This document shows positions 26,394 to 35,898 of a DNA stretch of 49,805 bases, piece after piece. The translations under genes were made by a program, and so were the position numbers. Position 1 is the stretch's first letter, and each line of letters opens with the position of its first letter. This DNA comes from a virus (lineage: Duplodnaviria; Caudoviricetes). Where the stretch lies: positions 1 through 49,805 of IMG/VR virus record IMGVR_UViG_3300049070_000149. One strand, given 5' to 3'. A model generated the notes under the pieces. It made no database searches and was not told the origin of the DNA. It saw only the letters and a program-made list of their open reading frames with translations.

Positions 26394-27416
26394 TTAGAAC
26401 ATCCTCCCTGCACCACTTGGTCCTGTCGGAGGAAACGGAGACTGACCACCAAACGTAGGCGGAGGATACATAAAGTTAGGTGTTGTCGGTGATGATACTG
26501 AACCTCCAAAGAGTCCACCAAAGAATCCTCTTCCGCCTGTGGCTGACTGTTCGTCAGGATACGGCGTTTTCGGCATCCCAAGTGCCTGAGAGAGACTATT
26601 AGCAATCGCGGCAAGATTGAGACGATCTGATTCACTGCGCTGTTTAGCTCCGAGTGCCTCGATGATATTTGAGAGTGCTGTCATACCCTGAATGCGTTGT
26701 TCATTTGTCAGCCCTCCCGTAGCCTTAGCACTATTCAGCTGTGCCGCAAGCTGTTTCCATCCAAGCTCAAGTTGTCCGGCCTGTGCCGCTGATGGTAGCA
26801 TACCAGATGCAATTCCTGCTGACTGCGTAACAGCAGCTGGATCACTCATAATAGTCTGATCCTGTGCTGCCTGTAGTGGAGTCTGACCAGTAGCAAACCG
26901 CTGGCCATAACCCTGAGCCATTTGCGTAGCCATGCCAGGAGTCTGTGCCATCTGTCCTAAGAGATTACCAATCAGGGAGGACTGAAGCTGAGACGTAGCC
27001 ATCTGTCCTTGGCCACCACCAGTTACAGCACCAGTATAAGCCTCTTGATCTATTGGTGCTGCTCCTTGCCTCATTCCTCTATTAGCTGCATTTGTACGCA
27101 ACATCTCCAACGAGACTGGTGCATTCTCACCATACTTCGTAAATGCAGCTACTGCGTCTGGTTCGTTTGGAAATAAATTCTGTGCAAGTTCAGCAAGGGC
27201 TTCTTTTTGTCCAGCTGAACCTGCATTCGAAGATTTATCCATCAAGTTGCCAAGCATTCTAAATTTCTCAGAACGCTCGTCTACTCCCTGACGAACAGCA
27301 AACTGTCGTTTTTGTTCAGCAAACTGTTCTTGACTAAGTCTTATTTGCTCCCGCCTTGACTGCATATCACTTAAAATACTAAGCATCTGCAGCATTTTTG
27401 CCATGCTATCAGGCAT
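26394..27416 (-). CDS. internal virion / ejection protein
   Basis: A/Q/G-rich; synteny. Confidence 0.55.
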   Translation of the reverse strand: MPDSMAKMLQMLSILSDMQSRREQIRLSQEQFAEQKRQFAVRQGVDERSEKFRMLGNLMDKSSNAGSAGQKEALAELAQNLFPNEPDAVAAFTKYGENAPVSLEMLRTNAANRGMRQGAAPIDQEAYTGAVTGGGQGQMATSQLQSSLIGNLLGQMAQTPGMATQMAQGYGQRFATGQTPLQAAQDQTIMSDPAAVTQSAGIASGMLPSAAQAGQLELGWKQLAAQLNSAKATGGLTNEQRIQGMTALSNIIEALGAKQRSESDRLNLAAIANSLSQALGMPKTPYPDEQSATGGRGFFGGLFGGSVSSPTTPNFMYPPPTFGGQSPFPPTGPSGAGRMF

Positions 27417-27418
27417 TT

Positions 27419-29134
27419 TTATCCTCCAAACATACCGTTAGGGTACAAACCCTGACCATAGTTTCCAGTACTAGGTCCTTGCTGCTGCTTCATCATTTGC
27501 ATCAAGAAGGGAAGCATCATAGCTGAACTAGCAGCATCACCAACCGCTCCAGGCATCATTGATGGTTGCTGAAATGGAGTTGGAACACCAGCCATAATCC
27601 CAAGTAGCTGTGCATTCATTCCTTGTTGACCCATCTGAGCTTGATTAGCCTGGCCCATCATATTCATTAACAGCTGATTATAGATATTCCCTTGACCAGT
27701 GTTGAATTGCTGCTGAGCCATCTGGTTCCCAACATTGAACTGTCCTGCCTGATTAGCAATATTAGCGTTTGCTAATCCATACTGTCCACCCATCTGTTGA
27801 TTAGCAAGAGCTAGTTGTAACTGTGAATTTGCGTTCGTTTGACCAGCTTGTAAACCAAGTTGAGCCTGAGCAAGTTGTGCCTGCAATGAATTACCAGCAT
27901 TAAACTGGCCAGTTTGTTGCTGAAATGCGGCATTTTGTAAACCAGTCTGCAATCCAGCTTGTTGATTTGCGAGTTGTGCTTGAAGATTGAGGCCGGCACT
28001 TCCTTGACCTAGCTGGCCGGCACCTTGAGCAGCTTGAAGTTGAAGAGCAGCATTCTGAAATGGCATCTGACCGTAGAATTGCTCCAGTCCTCCAAGCTGT
28101 CCCAAAGCACCCATTCTGCGACCTTGTGCGGCCTCAAACGACTGCTGTTGTATACCAGCGTTCCTAGCTGTAATATTCTGAGCGAATTGCGAGCGAAGAT
28201 CGGTCTCTTGTTTCCTTGTTTGCGAACCGAACTTCTGCCCAAATGAACCTTTACCGCCTTGAAGTTGACTAACTTGTTCGTCAATAACTCTTTGATCCAA
28301 CGGAGCCATTGCAGCAAATAAATTGCTGTTGTCAAACTGACTATCACCCATACCAAGTTGCTGTAGTTGCCCGCCTAAGAAATCGTTTCTTGGGGCACCT
28401 ATATCTTTATTCATCATTTGCATCAAGGCGTCCTGTCCAGCATTAACGCCCTGCGTACCTGTAACTTGCTGTACCGGACCAGCCTGTGCAGCCTGTGATT
28501 GTGGTACTCCTCCAACCTGCGGAGTAAAGAGATCAGCGAGATTTATCGCATTCATTGGCGCAGCACCTAACATTGTTGGTTTAAAGTTAGGCGCGTTGAC
28601 TGGATTGTACTGATACATATTACCCTGCGGAAACTGCATTCTGCCTGGGTCTACCGGAGTGTTGATAGTTTGCGGTGGATAGTAAGTTGGTCCGTTATTC
28701 ATCCCACCCGTAGAACCGCCTATATCAGCAGAAATACCAGTATCAGCGTTATCGAGGATATGGTCTCCTCGATCTACGCCAGCACCTTGCTGACTAAACA
28801 GTGTGTTCCCTCCGAGAGAATATAGCCCACCGCGACCTATTGGACTCCTTAACCCACCAAAGCCGCCCCCTCCTATACCGACTGGACCGCCTTGTACTTG
28901 TCCTTGCATCTCAGGCGGCCGCATCTGGCTTATCATCTGCATCAAGGCCTGTGCATAGGGGTTAGTCCCCTGCTGCATCATGCTTTGTGCTTGATTGTTA
29001 ATAAGACTTTGCTGTTGTTGAGCAGCGTTAAAATTAGCCTGATTGGTCTTATTAGTTTGATTTGCGCCATAAATACTAGAGCCAGCACCAACCGCTGCCG
29101 AACCAAGTATTCCCCAAGTGACTGGATCAGCCAT
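27419..29134 (-). CDS. internal virion / ejection (pilot) protein
   Basis: MADPVTWGILGSAAVGAGSSIYGA start; Q/G/N-rich NQ repeats. Confidence 0.6.
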   Translation of the reverse strand: MADPVTWGILGSAAVGAGSSIYGANQTNKTNQANFNAAQQQQSLINNQAQSMMQQGTNPYAQALMQMISQMRPPEMQGQVQGGPVGIGGGGFGGLRSPIGRGGLYSLGGNTLFSQQGAGVDRGDHILDNADTGISADIGGSTGGMNNGPTYYPPQTINTPVDPGRMQFPQGNMYQYNPVNAPNFKPTMLGAAPMNAINLADLFTPQVGGVPQSQAAQAGPVQQVTGTQGVNAGQDALMQMMNKDIGAPRNDFLGGQLQQLGMGDSQFDNSNLFAAMAPLDQRVIDEQVSQLQGGKGSFGQKFGSQTRKQETDLRSQFAQNITARNAGIQQQSFEAAQGRRMGALGQLGGLEQFYGQMPFQNAALQLQAAQGAGQLGQGSAGLNLQAQLANQQAGLQTGLQNAAFQQQTGQFNAGNSLQAQLAQAQLGLQAGQTNANSQLQLALANQQMGGQYGLANANIANQAGQFNVGNQMAQQQFNTGQGNIYNQLLMNMMGQANQAQMGQQGMNAQLLGIMAGVPTPFQQPSMMPGAVGDAASSAMMLPFLMQMMKQQQGPSTGNYGQGLYPNGMFGG

Positions 29135-29144
29135 TTTTTGCTCC

Positions 29145-29570
29145 TTATAATGCTATGAGATTGTCTTTCGTGGTAAAAAAGACCAGAAGATCACCCTGCT
29201 CAGCCACCACTTTCATTCCAGCGCGTTCGGCAAACTTCACAGTAACTCTGTTGTGGCGAGAGATCGAGGTCCACAAATATTTATAGCCATATTGATTCAA
29301 CAACCTGATAGTATGGTTACGAACCAGTGTCTCTCTCCCGCGTAGTCTCCTGTCCCAAAACAGAACATGAATGTGTGCTTGATCTTCGTCTATTGGATAG
29401 AGACTAAGATAGCCTACATCCCCCAGCCGCCAATAATACTGATGATTTATAATGAGATTAGTGAGCATTGTCGGCTCACAAAGCCCATTCTTAATATCCG
29501 ACAGTTCACTGAGTTTATCATAGAACTGAAGGATATCAACAGGATCGGCTGTTAACCGTTGAATCTTCAC
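29145..29570 (-). CDS. GNAT-like virion assembly protein
   Basis: AHIH..., NRVTVKFAERAGMK; sits between nozzle and ejection genes. Confidence 0.6.
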   Translation of the reverse strand: MKIQRLTADPVDILQFYDKLSELSDIKNGLCEPTMLTNLIINHQYYWRLGDVGYLSLYPIDEDQAHIHVLFWDRRLRGRETLVRNHTIRLLNQYGYKYLWTSISRHNRVTVKFAERAGMKVVAEQGDLLVFFTTKDNLIAL

Positions 29571-29836
29571 GGAGACGTAAAGGTGATGGTTTTGTTGGTT
29601 GTGTCGGGAGTTATTGTCACCCCTGCACCAGCCGCCAGCGCATACAGATGATACTTCCCATCATCTTCACGAATTAACACCTTAATTAAACCAGCTCCTG
29701 GCCCATCTTCTGGTGTAGCGAGAAGCTGGGTAATGAGGTCTAACTGCTGCTCAATATCTCTTATTGCAACCTCGGCCTGTTTTATAGTAGTTACAGAACC
29801 AAGTCTGAGTCTCGCTAAAGAGAGTGTCGGAGCCAT
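29567..29836 (-). CDS. putative tail-associated protein
   Basis: AGAGVTIT...TITFT motif. Confidence 0.5.
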   Translation of the reverse strand: MAPTLSLARLRLGSVTTIKQAEVAIRDIEQQLDLITQLLATPEDGPGAGLIKVLIREDDGKYHLYALAAGAGVTITPDTTNKTITFTSP

Positions 29837-31452
29837 TATAAAGCTTGAGTTGTAGGTGCAGCACCATCAAAGACGTGTCTTATACGGAAAACCTCAGGTG
29901 TTCCGTCTGTTATATTGAGCTTAAATCCAGTTCCTGTTCCTGTAACAGTAAACCAGATCATTCGACTAATTCGCTTATTACTACTACTAGGCAGCGTTTT
30001 GGTAATTCCAGCTACATCATTACCATCCTCATCTTGAACTTCGATTGAGATTTCGCTAGCTGCTCCGCTCTCGTATTCAATTTCAACTGCCTGTGTTATA
30101 ACTAACTCAGTCGTTCGATCATTTGCTTGCCGAGCTTTCCAGAATGGTTCTTGAGGATCGTCAAAGTAATTTTCGGTGCCGTAGTTCTCGACACCAAGTA
30201 ACGAACCTTGCCCATTGTATACGACAGGTGGAGCAAGATCTTCGCCAATGGACATTTCAGCCCACGTGAGAAGCTGTTCAATCCATTGGCCAAGAACCGA
30301 ACTCCAAAAAAGATTGTTGCTTTGCGGATTAAAGATTACTGCACTATTACCTACATAGCTCCGAAAATACCAGCGTCCAGGACGCGGCCGAAAGCCTTCG
30401 ATTTCAAGTGGGAGCTGATAAATAAAGACACCAGTAGGTGTATACAGTTGATAAGCAGACACCTGTGGATTATAGACTGCATAATACTGATCGAGATTAA
30501 GATAATCTAGCGGCAACAGTCTATCATTTATTGCGCCAGAGAGAATCTTAGTCTCATTTATATTAAACAGCCGAACGCCGTCATCACTCAGGAAGATGAT
30601 ACCATCAGGTGTAATGACTGCTGTTCGCTCCCAAACACAGCCTACACCAGGGAAGCGGATACGAAAATCTGCTGGACGATCCGCCTCTCCAGTCTCATAG
30701 CCGAGCCAGAGATTCCTTCTTCCAAGAATTGCAAGAACATCAAAACCGATTGGACGCAGGGCTACAATCCTGTCCGCTTCAGGTTGATTACTAATGAGCA
30801 GTTCATCGCCCGATCCTATGCCTGACCAGTCTGCAGGGTCAGCATTCGAAGCATTCCATCTAATACCAAGTGCTTGTAATCCATCAACTGGATCAGTCCA
30901 AGCGCCGGCAAAAGTCCTTCCAAAAGCGTTACCAAACGTCTTAGCTATAATTTCAGCAGTTACATCAGTAATAACCTCAGTATCCCAATCACGGATGTAA
31001 CTCGCTGTGATTCCGTTAGAGAACAAAAGAAATCCAGCAACATTAACTACATGCCAAGCACCTTCTCCAGTATCATCCAGTCCTTCATCTGTAAAGACAA
31101 ACAAAGCTGTCGTCTTTACTCCAAGAAACGGAGGATCAATAGCTATAAGGGCTGTAGCAAAGTTAATTGAAGCGTGTTCAAAGATCCAATCAAGTACCCG
31201 AGGAGAAACATCCTCGACCTCGGCTATTCCAGGTGCACGAATCAGTGCATCTGTGTCGAGTGACTCTACGTCCTGCAAGTCAACTGCGCCATTATTAGGA
31301 ACATCCTCAGGAGATTCATAGGTAACAAGTCCCTGTCGCCAATCATTATGAATGATTGACTCAGGCTTAGGTTCGGAGCCGGGTGGAACAGGCACTCCTA
31401 CACCAAGATTGGGCCGAACTGTGCTACGTAGTTTATCGCCCCAAGTGCTCAT
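29836..31452 (-). CDS. tail nozzle / tubular protein B-like
   Basis: 538 aa, beta-rich; GVGC, DGIIFLSDDGV; synteny. Confidence 0.7.
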   Translation of the reverse strand: MSTWGDKLRSTVRPNLGVGVPVPPGSEPKPESIIHNDWRQGLVTYESPEDVPNNGAVDLQDVESLDTDALIRAPGIAEVEDVSPRVLDWIFEHASINFATALIAIDPPFLGVKTTALFVFTDEGLDDTGEGAWHVVNVAGFLLFSNGITASYIRDWDTEVITDVTAEIIAKTFGNAFGRTFAGAWTDPVDGLQALGIRWNASNADPADWSGIGSGDELLISNQPEADRIVALRPIGFDVLAILGRRNLWLGYETGEADRPADFRIRFPGVGCVWERTAVITPDGIIFLSDDGVRLFNINETKILSGAINDRLLPLDYLNLDQYYAVYNPQVSAYQLYTPTGVFIYQLPLEIEGFRPRPGRWYFRSYVGNSAVIFNPQSNNLFWSSVLGQWIEQLLTWAEMSIGEDLAPPVVYNGQGSLLGVENYGTENYFDDPQEPFWKARQANDRTTELVITQAVEIEYESGAASEISIEVQDEDGNDVAGITKTLPSSSNKRISRMIWFTVTGTGTGFKLNITDGTPEVFRIRHVFDGAAPTTQAL

Positions 31453-31979
31453 GAGGGCTCCACGATCATCCAGACGAATGTGCCAGAGCCCGGCGACCCG
31501 GCATTCGAGACATCAAAGGATGTTCCAGCCGAGCGTGCCGACACAAAGAGCGGGCTAGGTGAGACACCAGGAGTACCATAGTACGATAGGAATATTCGGC
31601 TATTTGCCGTAACCTTGGTCGTACTAATCGTGACAGTGCCGCCAGATAGCGTTCCCGTTCCCATCGTCGCGTTGGACCCTTCGGCGATCTTGATGCCGCT
31701 GCCCGCTGTAGCAAGAACTAAGTTAGCTGCTGCACCAGTTAACGTAACAGCAGCAGAAAAAGCTCCTGTCGTTGCGCCAATAAGAGCGCCTGCGATAGTC
31801 AGTGCGCCATCGAAGGCTGCGCCTGCTTTTCCTGTTAGAGGATCAACGTCTAGGTCAGTAAAAAACGACTCCAGTCGTTCAATAACTGCACGCTTAAATT
31901 CTCTGATAACAGCAGCACCATCTGAAACTTGATCAGTGTTATCAGGTACTGCTGGATCAAGTTCGTCGCTGTAGGCCAT
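31449..31979 (-). CDS. short tail fibre / spike-like protein
   Basis: DPAVP..TDQVSDGA.VIR N-terminus; G/T/S-rich C-terminus. Confidence 0.55.
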   Translation of the reverse strand: MAYSDELDPAVPDNTDQVSDGAAVIREFKRAVIERLESFFTDLDVDPLTGKAGAAFDGALTIAGALIGATTGAFSAAVTLTGAAANLVLATAGSGIKIAEGSNATMGTGTLSGGTVTISTTKVTANSRIFLSYYGTPGVSPSPLFVSARSAGTSFDVSNAGSPGSGTFVWMIVEPS

Positions 31980-32740
31980 TAGTAGTAATCCTTCCTGTAA
32001 GTATCAAACCTACTTTGAAGGGGCTGAGCAGAGAAATTCATGGAGATTCTTTCTTCTGCATCAGAATTAAGCAAAGGACGCAGCAGACTCACCATATCAT
32101 TCTGAGCCATTGCCGCTTCCTGAAACATTCGAAGGTTACGTTTTGCACGCCAAACTGCGGCACGTCCGATTGCCTCATGGAACTCCTCAGGCAATATTGG
32201 ACTATCAGTTGTATCTTCCAAATTACTCACACGAACACGAAAATCTGCGGTTGCTGTAAATGCGCTCAGAGGTGTTGGATATACCACTAATACACGATTA
32301 TAGCGCATGTATTTGGTCGGAGGTAAATCGGCACCGTCTACCTGGACTTCATCGCTCTCAGGTAACATTCGGTATTCTTCAAGATCAATTTGCTCCATCT
32401 CCCTTCCACCGTAGAAAGGATAATTCGCATCGTCCTGCAAAGAAAGTCTCTTAAACCACATGAGAGAATCAGGGCATTGATAGAAAGGCTGGTCAGCTTC
32501 GAGAATAAAGTCTACTGATCCCCAAAGCTCCTTCAAGTCTATCATTCCAGCAATGTAACGATATCCTTGATTTATCCACTTATCAAGTTGTGGATTGGTC
32601 AGGTCGGTCCTATTTCCCAGGTCAAGCAATACCTCTGTTCGATAATCAGCTAGGGTTTCACCAACATTTGTCAGAGGCGTTCCCACGGCCGTACCTGGGG
32701 CAGCGGCCGCTAGCGAGAAATCAATAGGACCGTAAGGCAT
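31979..32740 (-). CDS. head-tail adaptor / tubular protein A-like
   Basis: LDKWINQG, VYPTP, PILPEEFHEAI. Confidence 0.7.
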   Translation of the reverse strand: MPYGPIDFSLAAAAPGTAVGTPLTNVGETLADYRTEVLLDLGNRTDLTNPQLDKWINQGYRYIAGMIDLKELWGSVDFILEADQPFYQCPDSLMWFKRLSLQDDANYPFYGGREMEQIDLEEYRMLPESDEVQVDGADLPPTKYMRYNRVLVVYPTPLSAFTATADFRVRVSNLEDTTDSPILPEEFHEAIGRAAVWRAKRNLRMFQEAAMAQNDMVSLLRPLLNSDAEERISMNFSAQPLQSRFDTYRKDYY

Positions 32741-33015
32741 TAAGCCACCTTATCAGAGAAAACTTCACAGATCAATCCATGCTGTATTTCATCAGCCTCA
32801 ACTTTCAACCACATCAAGCCGGGAATCGCAAAGTTACCATTTCCTTCTATTACAAGGAAGCTGTCTTGTTTGCGGTCAATTCCTTCATGCCTAATACTTA
32901 CTTTGAGTATCCCTTTTTTCAGCCCTGATACATGCAGTATAGGCCTTCGGATACGAGATATATCAATCCAAGGACCATTCTTACAACCAATCAGGGCTAA
33001 TCGGCTGACAGCCAT
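32740..33015 (-). CDS. hypothetical virion protein
   Basis: ATG after GAGG within ORF 32740..33048. Confidence 0.55.
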   Translation of the reverse strand: MAVSRLALIGCKNGPWIDISRIRRPILHVSGLKKGILKVSIRHEGIDRKQDSFLVIEGNGNFAIPGLMWLKVEADEIQHGLICEVFSDKVA

Positions 33016-33016
33016 A

Positions 33017-33361
33017 TTAATCCTCTGACGTTGCAGTACCCACAGCAACTAAGCAGACACCGCCGTTTGCGTCTGTCCGAACAATCTGCAAATATTTATA
33101 ACTAAGCGCACTTGCAGGGGCTATACCATGCTGACCGGGACCAGTCAACGAAGTTACAAATAAAGTCGCGTCTGTTTCAGAAGGATCGTGGAGGGCAATA
33201 TCTGACCAATCCCATTCATCCTTCATCCTACCTTGCAGCTTAATTGCTGCACTAGCATGATTATCTGGTCCAGTCTGGACAGTAATAGCCTTAGCGCGTC
33301 TCGGCACCTGAAGCGTAATTACTCCATTCTGAACCAAACTGGTTGAATTGCTTTGAGCCAT
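33017..33361 (-). CDS. hypothetical virion protein
   Basis: ORF with GAGG SD. Confidence 0.6.
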   Translation of the reverse strand: MAQSNSTSLVQNGVITLQVPRRAKAITVQTGPDNHASAAIKLQGRMKDEWDWSDIALHDPSETDATLFVTSLTGPGQHGIAPASALSYKYLQIVRTDANGGVCLVAVGTATSED

Positions 33362-33376
33362 GTTATACCTCAGACC

Positions 33377-33391
33377 GTTTCATTGTGAAAC
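33377..33391. repeat. parS-like palindrome copy 5 (GTTTCA-TTG-TGAAAC)
   Basis: Direct reading; intergenic. Confidence 0.9.
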
Positions 33392-33433
33392 AACCTGGTT
33401 TGGCGTAGCCTCCCAGCATACGCCGCACCAGCA

Positions 33434-34027
33434 CTAGCGGACGTTCACGTCTATCAAACCGACACCGAGTGCTGCAGTCGCAATCACCGTCCTACCCAGG
33501 ATACGATGCTGAGTGTCGATGACGGCAGCCGTGAGAGTGGTGTCAAATCTTCCTGCGATTGAATCGCTCGGCAGAACTGTCTTGCCGGCGATAATCACCG
33601 CATTCTGACTTGAACGAATCCAGGTTCGGCCTTGTTTTAGCACAAATACGCGCTGACCAGAGGTTCCCGCTGACCCGCCCACTTCGGAAGCGGTAACAGC
33701 TGCACGATTATCAGTGCGCGTTCCACCAACCACTACCCCCGCGAGCCTGTTATAGTTCGCAAGTGTAGCACTCTTGGTGACTTTGTTGGTGTCGCTGAAA
33801 TACACAACATCACCAACAAGGAGAGTATCTGTCGTCCCTCCAACGATATACACCCTCACCTGACCACCAGGTTGCCCGCCTGTCAGTGAGTCAAACGCCG
33901 TCTGGGGCATGAAGAAGGGCCCGAAACGGGTCACACTCATGGTCGCGAGCATTGCCGTAGTGAAACCAGAAACAGCTACAGCAAAGAGCGCAAGACCGAG
34001 AAACGCTTTCAGCTTCTTCGAGATCAC
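33434..34027 (-). CDS. capsid cement/decoration-like protein with N-terminal signal-peptide-like segment
   Basis: GTG after AAGGAGG; MISKKLKAFLGLALFAVAVSGFTTAMLA then VGDVVYF...GVVV...QGR...ILGR. Confidence 0.55.
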   Translation of the reverse strand: MISKKLKAFLGLALFAVAVSGFTTAMLATMSVTRFGPFFMPQTAFDSLTGGQPGGQVRVYIVGGTTDTLLVGDVVYFSDTNKVTKSATLANYNRLAGVVVGGTRTDNRAAVTASEVGGSAGTSGQRVFVLKQGRTWIRSSQNAVIIAGKTVLPSDSIAGRFDTTLTAAVIDTQHRILGRTVIATAALGVGLIDVNVR

Positions 34028-34043
34028 TTTTCCTCCTTGTAGG

Positions 34044-34967
34044 TTAACCGGAGCCAGGAGAGCCGTACGTTCCTCTCCAGTCGCCGAAGCCAACACTGTG
34101 ACGCTGACGAATCTTATGGAACGTGGCGTCAGCATCGTCATCGTCCCAAGTCTTGGTGTCCGGCATTTCCCGCCAGAAGAACTTCACGTCGATCATAGAC
34201 GTTTCTGCAAGCAGGAACCAAGCATCCGTGTCAGTAAACCACGGATCAGCGAAGCCAGTAATGCCTTCTCCCTGCAGCGGATTCACGTCGTTCGGCTGAG
34301 TGACCAGATCATCCGAGTACGGGAAGCCAGCAGTGTTCAGCAACCGCTTTACCGTCATGCGGTTGGCTGGATGCGTCGCAAGCGTTCGCGGTTGCATCAA
34401 GATCGGCATTCCACGCTCATCCTGCTGTGTATCGAACGCAAGAATAGCCGCTTCCAGCGCTGCTTCAGACAAGTCTGCATCTACCGTAGGACGGTTAGCG
34501 ATCGTACCTCCCGTCCCCTGGACTGGATGATCTGTCGCAAACAGGGCTTTAGCGTCACGACCAGTGTACTTGGTAGTAACAAAGCCGTTGTTATAAACGT
34601 CGTGACCATACAGCTCGGTGGTCCAATACGAGGAGATACCAAGCATTTCTGCCAGGGCGAGAATCTCCGTATACTGTGAGTCATCCCGCATCTCCTTCGA
34701 GATCGGAACGCCCAGCGCAAACGTCTTGTTGAAGTATCGCTTCCCACCGATCTTCAACGGTTCATCCAGAATCGTGGTTCCCAATTCCGACTTGGGAGCC
34801 AACGGTCCCAGCCCTGCGATCCTAAAGTCATCCTCGAAAGCCTTTCGGCTATTAAGGACGTTCATGATCCTGCGGTACATCTCAGGATGTTTACGATACG
34901 AAGTAAACGTCCTCATGTTCAAGCCGGGCGCTAGAAGCTCCGCCCATTGACCTCTTGCTACAGGCAT
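34044..34967 (-). CDS. major capsid protein
   Basis: LLAPGL, K.E.G...D, FALGVPISKEMRDD, DAKALFATDHP, TDTDAWFL, GFGDWRGTYGSPG. Confidence 0.9.
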   Translation of the reverse strand: MPVARGQWAELLAPGLNMRTFTSYRKHPEMYRRIMNVLNSRKAFEDDFRIAGLGPLAPKSELGTTILDEPLKIGGKRYFNKTFALGVPISKEMRDDSQYTEILALAEMLGISSYWTTELYGHDVYNNGFVTTKYTGRDAKALFATDHPVQGTGGTIANRPTVDADLSEAALEAAILAFDTQQDERGMPILMQPRTLATHPANRMTVKRLLNTAGFPYSDDLVTQPNDVNPLQGEGITGFADPWFTDTDAWFLLAETSMIDVKFFWREMPDTKTWDDDDADATFHKIRQRHSVGFGDWRGTYGSPGSG

Positions 34968-34976
34968 TGGAGTCTC

Positions 34977-35486
34977 CTAGTTTGAGGCCTGCACAATGGC
35001 AGGGAGGAAGGAACTGAGGACCAAGCCCTCAGACGCATCAGCAAGGTCTGGCCGGAAATCGACCACACCGAGATACTGCAGTACAACGTTGATCGTCTCG
35101 TTGAAATCAACCTTCCAGATTCCATCCGAGTCCCTAATCACACCGTACTGACCACCAGGAACGGCAGGCAGTGAGCCGACATAATCAGAGATAAACTTCA
35201 CCCCGTTCGCTATGGAGATTCCCTGCATAGAGCCGGGAGGAAACTCCTTGGTCCCGAGGATGTTGAACCCTGAGGTGTCAGTACCTCCAGGGGTGAGCGC
35301 GACTGCGGCAATGGCGGCGGGATCAGCACTGCAAGCTGCAAACTCATCCGACGCATTGACCAGTAGGAGCGCGCCCTGTGCTTCAGCGTAGCCAGAGGCC
35401 AACAGCTTCTCGATCGTAGGCGGTATTTTGCCTCCCGATCCAGGCGATGGACTAGCCAGCTGGAAGCCCACAGACGTTACCGGCAT
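34977..35486 (-). CDS. putative capsid decoration protein
   Basis: Immediately upstream of the capsid gene; small beta-rich protein. Confidence 0.5.
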   Translation of the reverse strand: MPVTSVGFQLASPSPGSGGKIPPTIEKLLASGYAEAQGALLLVNASDEFAACSADPAAIAAVALTPGGTDTSGFNILGTKEFPPGSMQGISIANGVKFISDYVGSLPAVPGGQYGVIRDSDGIWKVDFNETINVVLQYLGVVDFRPDLADASEGLVLSSFLPAIVQASN

Positions 35487-35496
35487 TCAGCTCTCC

Positions 35497-35898
35497 TTAG
35501 GTTTGACTACCGTGGTCAGCATCCTTGATGATGCTGATTCCCTTCTCTTTCGCCATTCTCTCAGTCTCCGCCGAAGTGCTGGCGAGAAGCGCTTCGGTTC
35601 GGCTTTGACGGTCTCTCACCCTTTGCTCGTGATCCAACTTCGGACAAGACATGAGTACCAGATCTCCAATGGCGATTACATCATCTGGACGGTTGTCCGT
35701 TTCAGCGAGCGTCTTAACACCTCCCTTTTTGGTTTCCAACTGGTAATTACGAAGCTTGTGCTTCGTAACCTGCATCATGTGCTCTTCTTTCGAGACACGC
35801 ACCCACCTATAATGACGATCGGGCTTAAGTGTTGTCTGATCAAGGTCAAGGAAGCTACGATCCTGCCGCTTCCGTTCCTTTACATTGATTACAGTCAT
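35497..35898 (-). CDS. head morphogenesis-cluster protein
   Basis: PDRHYRWVR...GDLVLMSCP. Confidence 0.6.
   Translation of the reverse strand: MTVINVKERKRQDRSFLDLDQTTLKPDRHYRWVRVSKEEHMMQVTKHKLRNYQLETKKGGVKTLAETDNRPDDVIAIGDLVLMSCPKLDHEQRVRDRQSRTEALLASTSAETERMAKEKGISIIKDADHGSQT

Noticed and set aside
27419-29134. Q/N-rich repeats as a DNA repeat array
   Set aside because: Degenerate at the DNA level; they reflect protein low complexity typical of ejection proteins
34028-34141. Capsid-to-decoration programmed frameshift (T7 10B-like)
   Set aside because: No slippery heptamer at the capsid 3' end, and the downstream gene has its own AAGGAGG SD and GTG
33909-34679. Long antisense ORFs over the capsid and other genes
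   Set aside because: Shadow frames of well-supported genes with no motifs or SD
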